DNA of 64,000 nucleotides from the human T2T-CHM13v2.0 reference genome, Homo sapiens. A program made the position numbers and the translations under genes. Position 1 is the stretch's first letter. The number at the start of each line of letters is the position of its first letter. This document shows, piece by piece, positions 41,134 through 53,825 of this stretch. The notes below the pieces were generated by a model. That model had not been told where the DNA came from. It did no database searches and worked only from the letters and a program-made list of their open reading frames with translations. Location: assembly GCF_009914755.1 (NCBI RefSeq), contig NC_060931.1. The stretch is one strand, 5' to 3'.

Positions 41134-41818
41134 AATGAGTGCTTTTAAACTCCAAATTCCCCTTCAAGACCTCATATCACTTTCAGTGACTATAATAATC
41201 ATTTCTCTCCAGAGATGTAGTCTTTGACCCACCGTCAGCAGAAAGGACATCAGAGTGTGGTCTATTTTGAAAGAGCAGAATGAGGTTTGCACCACATGCT
41301 GAGCACACCCTTGTCCCTGCTCTCTGGTGTGGGCAACAGCCTAGCAGCCCACTGGGTTTAGTGTGTCTGTCATCACCACACTTTCCTGTGCAGGAATGGC
41401 AGCAGCAACAATGCTGTCAATGAAAGTAAAGGAAGCAAGTAAGCTTTGAGCACCCATGTTGGGCACTGTCCTGAGCATTTGATATGCCTTCTTTCATCCA
41501 ATCTTCACAACAGCCCCATCGTATAGACAAAACATGTTCAGAGGGGTGAAGCCATTTCATCAAGGCCACGTGACTCTTAAGCCTCATCTCAAAGTTCTTG
41601 TTCCTGCTTCTGCATTGCCTTCTTAAGAACAACAACAAGAAGCCTCTCCATTTTCTTTGCAGTTAATTTGCAAACCACAAAGCCAAAAGCTGACTTATCA
41701 CCCTTGCAAGAAAAGGGGCTTGGGTTCTGTGAGGGGCATTTCTTGGCTTTAACAAGAAGCTGCCTGGGAAATGGCCCTACAAAAGGAGGCCAAGTAGAGT
41801 AGGGCATAGAAAGGACGT

Positions 41819-42211
41819 TGTTCTGAGCTGAAGTGCGCCCCCCCAACCATGTCACTGCCTTTCCACAAATTCATATGTTGAAGTCCCAACCCCCAGTACC
41901 TCTGAATGTGACTGTATTTGGAGATAGGGTCTTTAAAGAGGTCATTCAGTTAAAATGAGATCACTAGGGTGGACCTTAATGCAAACTGACTGGTGTCCTT
42001 ATAAGAAGAGGAAATTTGGACACCAGTAGGTACAGAGGAAAGGCCATGTGAAGACACAAGGAGAAGACAGCCAAAGAGAGAAGCCTGAGGAGAAGCCAGC
42101 CCTGCCTATACCTTGATCTTGGGCATCCAGCCACCAGGAGAGCGAAGGAATAAATGTGGGAGCCACCCAGTCTGTGGTACTGTGCTATGGCAGCCTTAGC
42201 AAACTCATCCA
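41819..42211 (+). mobile_element. MLT1B solo LTR (ERVL-MaLR)
   Basis: 'aaattcatatgttgaagtcccaacccccagtacctctgaatgtgactgtatttggagatagggtctttaaagagg...tggtgtccttataagaagaggaaatttggacac...tatggcagccttagcaaact'. Confidence 0.9.
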
Positions 42212-43403
42212 GATCTCTTCCTGTCCTACGGTGGGCTGTCCACCTTCCCACAGCTCCTTCAGCATCCTCGATGGGGCCAATGCTGGCCAAGAGAAGCAGG
42301 TTCTGTGTATCCCTGCACTGGGTGGCAGCCTGAGGCTGTAGAAGTACCACCCTGACTGAGGAGGTTGGGAGACGTCTGGGAAACAGGCAGCCCCGGCTGT
42401 CAGCCTGCAGCCTCGCCTGAACGCTGTTTGCACTCACACACACTGGCAGGTATCTGTGGTCATCACGGTGGCTGTTCCGCTGTTTGCCTCCCTCCTGGCA
42501 GGTGCCTGAAAATAAAGCATGAAGCCCAGACAGCCCAAGGATGGAAAACCATGGAGCTGAGACAAAACACGTATTTGCAGAGAACAGGTTCAACTTCAGG
42601 GGTGGGGAGGGGCGCCTGGCTCTCAGGATGGTGCAGAGGGAATGACAGAGAGGAAGGTATCAGGTGTGCAGCAAAGCAGAACATGAGAAGGAGGAGAGGG
42701 CCAGGCCACATTCAAGTGTGCCCAAGTATATGACACACACACACACATGCAGAGTGAGGGCCGCTCGAATTGACACTTGGAGACATGCCAAAACAATGCA
42801 CTCACTCACACATATGCCTGCATGCAGACCCTGGGTGACACACACAAGCACAGTCTTCCTGTCTGTTGGGAGCCCGCGCAGTATGTTTGCTGAGTGAAAA
42901 TGCTCCTTGGAGAATCCTCCGTTTGCATTCTCCACACACACCCTTTCTTTCTGGGCTTCGAAATTGTGCATCAAGCGTGCAGCTGTGAAAAGAATGATAC
43001 AAGCAGAGAAGCCTGCCAGGATGCTCCATGTGGCCTAGCGGAGGGGTGGGGGAGTGGGGCCCAGATGGTCCTCAGCCAGTCTGAGGGTGTGGGTGCCTGG
43101 CTCCCAGTGACCTGACTTACAGTCTCAGTCCCTCTCCTCCCCTGCCCAGACCTGACCATCAACCCCTCTGCCCACCTCTGGAGGCCTGGGAGGAAGATGT
43201 GGGGCATGCAAAGTTGTCAGGAGAATGCAGGTGAGGCCAGCCTTCTGCAGCTCACAGGATGGACGAGAGAAGGTGCCCCTCCCTTGTCTCTGGCCCTGAT
43301 GGGCCTGACAGGGCGCCGGTGGGAGGGCAGGAGGGAGACAAAACCATTTATATGTATTTCTGGTGGACATGTTTGGGGGTCCCTCTTCGCATCTCCTCTG
43401 TTC

Positions 43404-43704
43404 TTTTTTTTTTTTTTTTTTGGAGATGTAGTCTCACTCTGTCACCCAGGTTGGAGTGCAGTGGCACAATCTCAGCTCACTGCAATTTCCATCTCCCAGG
43501 TCAAGCGATTCTCCTGCCTCAGCCTCCCGAGTAGCTGGGACTACAGGTGCCCACCACCATGCCTGGCTAATTTTTTATATTTTAGTAGAGACAGGGGTTT
43601 CACTGTGTTGCCCAGGCTGGTCTCGAACTTCTGAGCTCAGGCAATCCACCTGCCTCGGCCTCCCAAAGTGCTAGGATTACAGGTGTGAGCCACTGCACCC
43701 AGCC
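43404..43704 (-). mobile_element. AluS
   Basis: Full-length reverse Alu; variant 'ctgagctcaggcaatcc'; TSD tctgttct on both sides. Confidence 0.95.
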
Positions 43705-44340
43705 TCTGTTCTCTTTTTATAAGGCCAAGAGCGTGCTCTGAACTTCCATCTCAACCAATTTCCTAGAAGAGGCTGGAGGTACAGAACTAAGCCAAAACAA
43801 CCAGAGGGACTAATCAACCGGGTCTGGACAGTGATAGGATTAAAGTCAGTGACAAATTTTATTATGGAGCTCTAACCATGCCCAGATAAGTGTGTGACGA
43901 GAAGATAACGACTCAGCTGCGAACCGGCAGCCACTGGGGAGCCCTTAACAGACTGAGCCCAGGATGGGCCAGGAAGAGAAGAGGGCAGTGGAGGGGAGGG
44001 GAGGGGAGGAGGGCTGGGGAGGAGTTGACGAATCAATCAGAAAGGCTGAGGGCAGGGCTCCCTCTCCATTCATGCCCAAAGACCACCCTCAGCCCAGCCC
44101 ACCTGGGAGACCTTGGATGGAACTGGTTCCTACATCCCCATAGAGATAACCGACACCATCTGATTTGTCTCACATTCCCCAGTTTCCATTTACACTTTAA
44201 TGGTTCTGTATTTTTTTTAACCTCATCATTACCTTTCAGATCTAAACTCATTCTGCCAACACTGAACCCTGTCTCCCATGTCACACAGACATAAGGTATT
44301 TGGAGCTTTTTCTCTGGTACCTAAGTGAGTACCTGTATTC

Positions 44341-44593
44341 TTTTTAACTTTCTATTTTAAAACAATTTTAGATTTATAGCACAATTGCAAAGTTAACCCA
44401 AAGATTCCTGTTTATCCCACACCCAGCTTCCCCTTGTGTTAACATGTTACGTGTAACCATGGTACAATTATTGAAACAAAATTAACATTGTACTGTTAAC
44501 CAAACTGTAGCCTTATATTTGGAATTCATCAGTTTTTCCACTAATGTCCTTTTGCTGTTCCAGGATCCAATCCAAGATCCCACACTGCACTGA
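44341..44593 (-). mobile_element. L1MC/MB-type 3' fragment
   Basis: 'aattttagatttatagcacaattgcaaa...cacacccagcttcccc...ctaatgtccttttgctgttccaggatccaatccaagatcccacactgca'. Confidence 0.8.
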
Positions 44594-44844
44594 TATTTTT
44601 CTTCCTATCCATTTCAGATTATTCATTACTGCTGAAAGTAAACAACAATTTGATGAAACACATCTTAAGTCATCTCTCCTTTAAGCACATGTCCCCCATT
44701 GCATCCATCAACCTTCCCTCACAATGTAATAAGAATCACAGAGAGGAGCTAAACAACTGGGCAGCTTGTGGTGCCATTTATGATGTTTCATGAAGGTAGG
44801 TTCTGAGGATGACATGGTGAAAGTGGAGAGAAAATACCTCCCTG

Positions 44845-45353
44845 TGTGGTTGGCCAGATAATAGTCCTCAAAGACACCCATGTCCTAATCCCTTATACAT
44901 TACCTTCTAGAGCAAGAGACTTTGCATATGTGATTGAGTTGAGGACCTTGAGATGGAGGAGATTACCCTAAATTATCTGGTAGGTCCTAAATGCAATTGC
45001 AAGTATTCTTTTAAGAGAGACACTTACAGAGGATAGAGGGAGACTTTACTACACTGAGAGGGAGGCAGTGTGAAGACAGAGGAAAGAGATTTAAAGATGC
45101 TATGCCGTTGGCTTTGAAGATGCAAAAGGAGCCATGAGCCAAGGAATGCAGCCCCAGAGGCTGGAAAAGGCAAGGCAATGAATTCTCCTCTGGAGGCTCC
45201 AGCAGGAATGTGGCCTTGTGCGCACCTTGGTTTCAGGCCAGTGAATCCTATTTTGGACTTCTGATCCCCAGAGCTGTAAGAGAATACATTTGTGTCGTTT
45301 GAAGCCACCAAATTTGGGGTAATTTGTTACAGCAGCCATAGGAAACCAACACA
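44845..45353 (+). mobile_element. MLT1D-like solo LTR
   Basis: 'tgtggttggccagataat..cctcaaagac..ccatgtcctaatccc' to 'aatttgttacagcagccataggaaaccaacaca'; about 510 bp. Confidence 0.88.
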
Positions 45354-45529
45354 TCGTGTCATTTAGAATAGTGGGCACTCGAGACATACTCATTGGGCGA
45401 ATATACCCAGGTGTATCTCCTTCCAGAACCCACTACACCATGCAGTCTGAAAACGACAATGTACCCCATTCCTGCTATTTTCTGGTGAGGATATTAACCA
45501 GCCTACTAGAACCAAAAAGTTCTTTAGAA

Positions 45530-46110
45530 TTATCTAGTATATGCTTGGCAGGGTCTACCAAAGCGGTACACATGCCATGACCTAGCAATTTCACTCCTAG
45601 GTATATTTCCAACAGAAATGTGAATATATATGGTCACCAGAAGACCTGCATGAGAGTATCAAGGGCAGCACTGTTCATAGAAGGCAAAAACTGAAAGTTA
45701 TTCAAATGTTCATCAACAATAACATGGAAAAGTCAATGTTGGTGTACCCACACAACGGAATGCTACACAGCAATAAGAATGAACAAACTACAGCTGCATA
45801 GAGTGAGCTGGGTATCTCTCTCACAAACTTAAGTAGAGCAAAAGAAAGGAGACACAAGAGAGTATGGACTGCAGGATTCCAGGCACATCAAGCAGAAAGC
45901 AGGCAAAGCACATCTGTGCCATGAGAGGTCAGGATGGTGGCTGTCCCTGGTGGGAGGGAACAGAAGGGGACTTCTGGGGCATGGGAATGTTCTATTTATT
46001 GGTTTCAGTACAGGCAACATGGAGGAGTTTAGCACGTGAAAACTCACCAAGATGTACACTTAGGACATACGCACATTCCTGCCTGAATATGACAGTGCAA
46101 TAAAAAGTTA
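45530..46110 (+). mobile_element. L1ME/L1MD-type 3' fragment
   Basis: 'ccatgacctagcaatttcactcctaggtatatttccaacagaaatg...gcagcactgttcata...caaatgttcatcaaca...caataaaaag'. Confidence 0.82.
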
Positions 46111-47363
46111 CCCAAGAAACCCCAGTTTGGAAACAGTCCCTCTGCCAAGCCCATCCACTCCCAAGCTGTGTGCAGTGGAGAGCTGGGCGAAATGCCTAAC
46201 GGGACAAGCACTGCAAATGAGGTTTGCCTATTACCATAATTACATCTCTGGGAATGTGCAAAGCCCTCATTTTCCCTTCATGTCTATAATATTGTGGGGA
46301 CACAGGATGCAATTACAGCCTGAAATATGCAGCTTAGGAAGTATAAATACACACATCTACGTAGACCTAGGTAAACCGTGTGCCTTTACAGAGCACGACC
46401 GAACCAGAGCCCGCGCTCTTCCTCCTGCCACCCAGCCGTGGAGCATTTGGACCCTTTGGGCTGCTGTCTGATCTAAGACGGCAGCTCTGAGGATCAATTC
46501 CCCTGAGCAGACAGTTTTCTGAACCAGAACCCCTAATTTAAAAATTGCCTGAAGAAGCAGAAAGTAAGAACTGGAGGAACAGTAATAGTTATCACTGCTA
46601 ATTTTAACACCAACAAGATCTTACATTCGGGGAAACGATCTCCCACCCCTTTTCTTATTTGAAATATAGCCTTCTTGATCATAATCTGTCATTCAAGAGG
46701 AGCTGGATGCAAGTGGATTGGCAGTAGGAGAGGAACCCCAGGGAAAGACCAAAGAGCAATGAGCAGGCTACAGTCAATTTGATTTTGTGGATTCTTCCAG
46801 GGCCAGCACTTGCGGAGGTTAGAGATGCCGGAAGGGGTCCAGGTCTTGGGTTTGTGTGTGGTTTATTTCCCTCGGGCATTTTCAATTCATATTCCTGCTC
46901 CCCTAGATATTCAGGCCCATGGGCAGCATTTTAGCAAATCTGGGCTTGTTTCAACACCAGCCCAAGCAGGCACAGACCAGAAGAGAAATCTGTTGGTGGT
47001 GGGGATGCTGGGGGCAGCGAGCCTGATCTGAAGTGGGGAGGCTCCCTCGATCCTAATATACAATATCCCAAAACAAAGTGAAAATAAAGTTTAAATTACC
47101 TTCCGGTTTCGATGATCTAAATCACACCTCCCTTCCAGAAGTGTAGATAATTGGAGTTGACTAAATTGTGAAAATATCTGATTTTTTAAATTCATTGTGT
47201 ACAAGAGTGCCCCCACCCCGCCCCTTCTCTTCCCCATGCCCCTCCTATAATTAACCTACACATCAGCATGTAATACCAGTACCCAATGCAGTCACGATGG
47301 CAACCGATAGCAAGAATACTTACGGCTGTGTACAATTCAGATACAACTGTTTAAATTCCATTT

Positions 47364-47695
<332 letters not shown>

Positions 47696-48402
47696 CTAAA
47701 TATTTTCAAAAATAGCTGCATGGAAAAAATTAGCTCTGTGCCCACCCTTCTCTCCTGTGGCTCTGTGGGGTCCACTTCTCAAGTGACAGCTTCATAGGCT
47801 TCCCAGAGGTTCAGGTGGCAAAGAACCTTGGGTGATGTTTTGCCAGCTGGAAACCAAATCAAGTCAGGACAACTGGAGATCAGGCCACCAGCTGAGAAGT
47901 GTGGGACTGGAAAAGTCAAACCTAGCAGGCAATATTTAAATTCAAAATTGAGTATATGTGGTCACAGCCTCTCTAAGCCTCAGTTTCTCCCTGTCTTTCC
48001 TTTACTAAGAATGAATCCTACCCTCTGCTAATCCCACACATCACCCACCACAAGGATGATTTTGGTTTTTCAGTAAAACAAAAGCAGAGGGGGGATGGGA
48101 GCAGATCCTAAACGTTTCAGAATGGTGTTCACACTATTCTCTCTTAGACTCATGGTACCTCTGCACACAGCCTCTCTTTGTAAGGCTGAACAAACAGAAG
48201 CAAGCAACCAAGCAAGCAGAAAGATATTGCAGCCCCAAAAAGTAAAAAATAAAAAAGATGAGGATAATCACAAGAAATATTTTCCTATGAGATAGATTTA
48301 CCAAAAGGAAAAAAGAAAGAAAATGTCTGGGAAATGTCGTTTTTCAGTAAGATTCAAGAGGACTTTTTTCTGAAAAAAATCAAAGTAAACAGCATCTCAA
48401 AA

Positions 48403-48540
48403 GCAGGGGTCAGCAAACTTTTCCATTAAAAGGCTAGGGAAGAAATATGCTTGGCTTTGAGGCCACATGGTCTCTGTACAACAAGGCTTCCCTAAGTAGA
48501 AACAATATGTAAATGAGGGAGTGGGACTGAATCTGGCCTC
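48403..48540 (+). mobile_element. MER58A-like truncated copy
   Basis: 'caggggtcagcaaacttttccattaaaaggc...ggctttgaggccacatggtctctgt'. Confidence 0.7.
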
Positions 48541-49904
48541 TTCCTCTGATCCAGAGGGAAGGAGCTGCCCTCAGGTAAGGTTGCATGAATGGCTGAAGTT
48601 AAAACCTCACTATAAGAAGCAGGAAGTATAATGCAAAAAAGAAAGTGACAGACGCACTTGAAAAGCTTTCTCAGAAATAAGATGACAGTGAGGAAAACAA
48701 AATAAGATCTGGACCACAAAACCAGACACCCCAGTATGTACATACAAGGAGCCCTCCAAAGAGAAAACATCACAGAGCAGACATCTTGATGAGAATGATA
48801 ATAATAATAGTGATAATAAAAGCCTTTCCTGCATTGAAAACTGGAGGCTATAGATTAAAAGAACATATTTAAATCCAAGGGAAAAGAAATCAAGTCAACA
48901 CACATCCATATCCTAATAAATGTTTCTGATGTGTGGAGAAAATTCTATAAACCTTCAGACAAAGTAAATGAAGAGATTACCTACAAAGGAATCAAAATCC
49001 AACGGGCCTCAGGCTCCCCTCCTGTATTCATTGCTCTAAGACAGCGGAGTCATTTCAACAACTTTGAGGGAAAGAAAAATACTCAGTCAAGTCTCCATTT
49101 ACATTTAAGGTTGACATAATAACAGTCTCAGGTATCCAAGGGCTTAAATATTATTCCCTTCATGGGGGAAAAACAAAGTCTTAATGGCAAATGCCGATCT
49201 ACTAGGGGACAAATCAAAATTAAGAAACCACAGGTGGAAAATTTACAATGTTGCAGATCTATGAGCAATGAAAAGCTATTAAAGTTGTCCAAATACTTAG
49301 TATAATTTCAATTATAACATAGTAGAAACGTCAAAAACAGTGTTTGAAAGGGATGAATCCATGTTGAAATTATCATAATGTAAAAATAATACAGGTCTTA
49401 AAACCTAGATCATATTAATAAAAATTGGAAGTAGGGGGAGGAGAAGGACTAAAATCATACTGTTTAATTCTTAACTTCGATGCTTTAGGGAATGTGGGTT
49501 TAAATGTGCTTTCAAAAACTTAAGGGTAACCACTATTAGGTTAAAATAGGATGAATACTTTCCAAATCACCAAAAGGGAGGAAAGCAGAGAAAGTCCAAC
49601 CCACATAGCATAATTAACAAGTGATAAAAAGGAAATAGGAAGTAAATGCATCAAAAAGAAAACCAGGAAGCTTAAAGACAAAAAACAGAAAAACAAGGAT
49701 TGTGCTATGAAATATTAGGCTGCCACTAAAAACCATGTTTGAAGGGTACTTAATCACACAGGGGAATGTTCACAATAAAAAGTAGAGATGAAAACATAAT
49801 ATGTACATATATATACTCTCAACTTTGTCTGTATTTAAGGTTCATAGAGAAAAAGGCATAGGGATATACTCAAGTATCTTCTTTTATTTAAAAAAAAATA
49901 ATTA

Positions 49905-50438
<534 letters not shown>

Positions 50439-50689
50439 TGTAATAATTCTTAAAAACAATCAACATTATAAAAAATAAAAATTGTAGGGTACCATGAAAC
50501 CAAGCTGATTGTTCTTCCCAGGGGAGGAGGAAGGGCCAGAGAGGATTTGGAAGGTATTATCCAGCACAGGTTAGGTTTGATCAGTCAGTGGATGCTGCTG
50601 GGTTGGAAACTGGATTTTCCATCTACCAGTGCACACTCAGCCCTCAGTATTCTTAGAGCACATGAGGAAAAAAAATCACTATTAAGCTT

Positions 50690-50880
50690 TAATTTCCAGA
50701 GCCCTTACTGTGTGCTTTGTGCAATGTACTTTATTCTCACAACAACCCAGAGATGTAAGTATTTTTAGCCCATTTGACAGATGAGGAAATTGATGCCAGA
50801 GAGGATAAGAGACTTGCTTAAGGTTACATAGATGGGAAGGCAAGCTGCCAGGGTTAGAAACCAGCCCGTTTGTTGAATCC
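50690..50880 (-). mobile_element. MIR SINE
   Basis: 'ctcacaacaacccagagatgtaag...cccatttgacagatgaggaaattgatgccagagaggataagagacttgcttaaggttacatag'. Confidence 0.88.
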
Positions 50881-51654
50881 CTAATAATAATGTGTCCCCT
50901 TCCTTCTGGAAGTTAGGCAGAACTTGTGTGGACTTCACTGCTATTATTTTTTAATCTGCTCATTCTTCCCTCTGGCTTACGGGGACACACCATGAGGGCC
51001 ACTGTCTCTTACTTTCAGCTGGACTATGAATCCACATGCCCCTGATTCTTTCACAAAGATGCTGCAAGCCACCCCTCACAAGGGCTTCCTGAGCAGACAT
51101 CTTATTCCTTCCAGTCCAGCATCAGTGGATAAAACAGAACTAAATTCATCGCTATTCCACCCACCCCAACTTCCTTCCTTCATAAACTAGCCACAGAGCA
51201 GAGGCCCAGGAGCCTGTCCAATACATCTCAGGGTCCCAAGTACTTCTCCCCACACCAGCCTAGGAAACCAGGGCTGGCTGTCAGCAAAATGAATAAAATT
51301 CCTATGTTTGCCTAAAAGGCAGGGGAGGGGAGTGGAGAGCTTACCTCTGAATTGCAATGTTACTAGGACACAGTTTGCTGTAATAATACCAATTAACATT
51401 TCTCCCCACTTAATAGTTTCTAGTACAGGATAAAAATAGCAATACACGTGGTGCTGAGACGCGAAAAATAACAATGGAAATCTGCTCTGGAAGAGTCCTG
51501 CTCTGTCTCACCAGGGAAGGGTGAGGAGGTAAGTGGGAATATTAGGGGAGATTCAGGAGGGAGCTGCAGAGAACCTGCTAGAAATTAAGAGTCTGCCATT
51601 GTCTTACTTCTCTTCTGTCCTCAGTCACCAGCTATACCACCAGAAGGCCCCTGT

Positions 51655-51915
51655 GGCATGGCGAGATGCCGTCCGGCTTGGAATGAGAAGAGTTGATTGC
51701 TGGGTCTCCACTCTGGCACTAACCAGTTTTGTGACCTTGCCTGAGTCAGGGAACCTCTTTAACCTGATTCCTTATCTGTAAAGTAAGACTCTCAGCACCT
51801 GCATCTCAGGTGGGTGTGCATCGAAATACAGTGAAAGGGCTTTGCAAAATATGTGGAATATGTGAAAAATGTGTCAAAATGCTTTGCAAAATATGTGAAA
51901 GGGCTTTGCAAAATG
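51655..51915 (+). mobile_element. MIR SINE with rearranged 3' end
   Basis: 'ctctggcactaaccagttttgtgaccttgcctgagtca...ttccttatctgtaaa'. Confidence 0.7.
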
Positions 51916-52509
51916 TAACCCGAGATTCACATGTGAGGGTAGGTCCCTAAGAATCTGTAGTAGTGATGCAGGTGGCACTTGCCAATACAACAACCTTTAT
52001 TGATCAACAAAACGAAAATTACCAGGAGTTAGTCCCTCCCCTCAGCAGGACTAAAGGATGCCAGTGGTGTAGGCATTCTATGGCGCAAGCTCAGCGGACC
52101 TACCCTTCAAGGACCAGCACCTGTCTACAAAAAGATTCCTCAGATGGAAACAGCTCTTCCTAAGGACGAGTGTGGCCTGGCCAGAAGCCCATTTTCCTCA
52201 AAGCTCTGATATATTTGGCTAGGAGAGAGGATGCCCAGTCATGCTGGAGAAATTTCCTGGAGGCTGGCTTCTCTTCAATGGCTGTCACTCAGAGCCTGAC
52301 CCAGCCCCGGGGAGCCCAGGTGCCATCTATGGGGAGGGTGAATGATGAGGCACTGGAAGTTTCCCTCCCTCCTTTCATTCCCTCCACCACTTGCATCCCC
52401 CACTCCCCAGACCTCACCCCAACAACTGGACACACAGCCCATAGATAGGGTGATTTCACGATTCAGTCTAGACCCCCCCCACCAGGCAGTGTGGAGGCTG
52501 GGGCCTCTA

Positions 52510-52730
52510 GTTGTGCTGCATTGGGTCCCCTGAGCTCCCCCGAGGTGTCCTAGGAGTCTTTGGGGAACACTGGGAAAACTGAGAGGGAAGCTCTGAAACC
52601 ACTTCGTACCCACCAACATACACCCTCAACCTGAAATGATTTTTACCAGTTTAATGTTTGGCTTCCACATAAGATTTTATACGAAGAAAAGGTTCTGTCT
52701 CTAAACTCTAAAAAGTTTTACAATCTTTGT
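52510..52730. mobile_element. MER103C-like (hAT-Charlie)
   Basis: 'gaggtgtcctagg...ttggcttccacataagatttt...aaaaggttctgtctctaaa...aaaagttt'. Confidence 0.6.
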
Positions 52731-53589
52731 TCCTGGGGCTTATAAGAATCCAGGGAAAGGGGACCTTACCTTGGTCCTTGGATTGGAGTGAAGTCACCTA
52801 AGGACCCATCCAAATAACGACCATGTTTTATTCCTAGTGGGAAAATGTAGTCCAACAGTAACACCATCCAAAATCTCTCTGGGCATGTGGCTACCACACC
52901 TAAGTACAAGGAATTTTCTGTTTCTTGGAAAAAGCCCTTCGTCCTCTCCCATGTGCTGTCATCCCAGGATCATGGGGCCTGGGAATGTCAGTTCGGGCCA
53001 GATGAGTTCAAGTGAGCAATGTGTTATCACAAACTTGGAAGGGGAGACAGGAAGCAGGTTTGGTGGGAAGGAAAGAAAGCAGAAAGACCCAGAGGAGACC
53101 ACTTTTCCTGCAGAGCTGGAGGAGAGAGGGACTGGAAGAGCCCACAGAGACCCATCTGTGTTTTTCAAAACGCATTTTTAGAAAAAGAGGAGGCTAGGGA
53201 AACAGAGACACCTGCTTAGAGCCAGAGAACATTCCCTTCAAAGGGATTCAAAAGCACATGGGCAACACAAGCCACTGTGCCAGGTACCCACGCAGGTCAG
53301 GGGCCTGGTCTCAACTTGGGAAACATCAAGAGGCCAGCAAGCTGAAGCCCCTCAGCTCAGCTTCTCCCCTCAGAGACGAAGAAGCTGGAAGCCATCAGCC
53401 AGCTAGGCAGAAAGGGGTCATCTATCATTGCTTGGCTCTGAAAGATCTTAGAGCAAGAAGGATCCAAGAGAGAGGGCCAGTGTGAAAGGGGGAAATATGC
53501 AGGAGGGACAATGTCTGACATTTTTTGGAGGCTGTAGGTCTCGGGCAGGAGTTGTGGCTGACCACACTCAGCTCAGCCTGAGCCCAACA

Positions 53590-53825
53590 GGGCATGATGA
53601 GGACCCGTATGGGCTCTGGAGCCAGGAGTCAGGCCCTGCATTCAAATCCTGCCTCCAGAGCCTGAGACATGTGGCCTTGGGTTAGCTCTTTATCCTGTCC
53701 GGACCTCAGTTTCCTTGAGCGTCCTTAGCAACGATAAGCATATCTACTTTGTAGGGCTGTTCTGAGGGTTGAAAGAGTTAGCAGATGTAAATCACGCAGA
53801 GCAGCATCCACACTTGGTAAGCCTG
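53590..53825 (+). mobile_element. MIR SINE
   Basis: 'gggctctggagccag...ttcaaatcctgcctcc...tgtggccttgggt...cctcagtttcc...tagggctgttctgagggttgaaagagtta'. Confidence 0.85.

Noticed and set aside
41976-42593. 205-aa minus-strand ORF
   Set aside because: The C-terminal part is antisense MLT1B LTR and the rest resembles no known protein.
47100-47160. Possible minus-strand small exon (donor-like 'aaattacc')
   Set aside because: Weak acceptor and an unrecognisable peptide; it cannot be supported without transcript data.
48931-49119. ORF1p-like peptide as a domesticated gene
   Set aside because: Only 62 aa, heavily degenerate, and surrounded by stops; it is a fossil.
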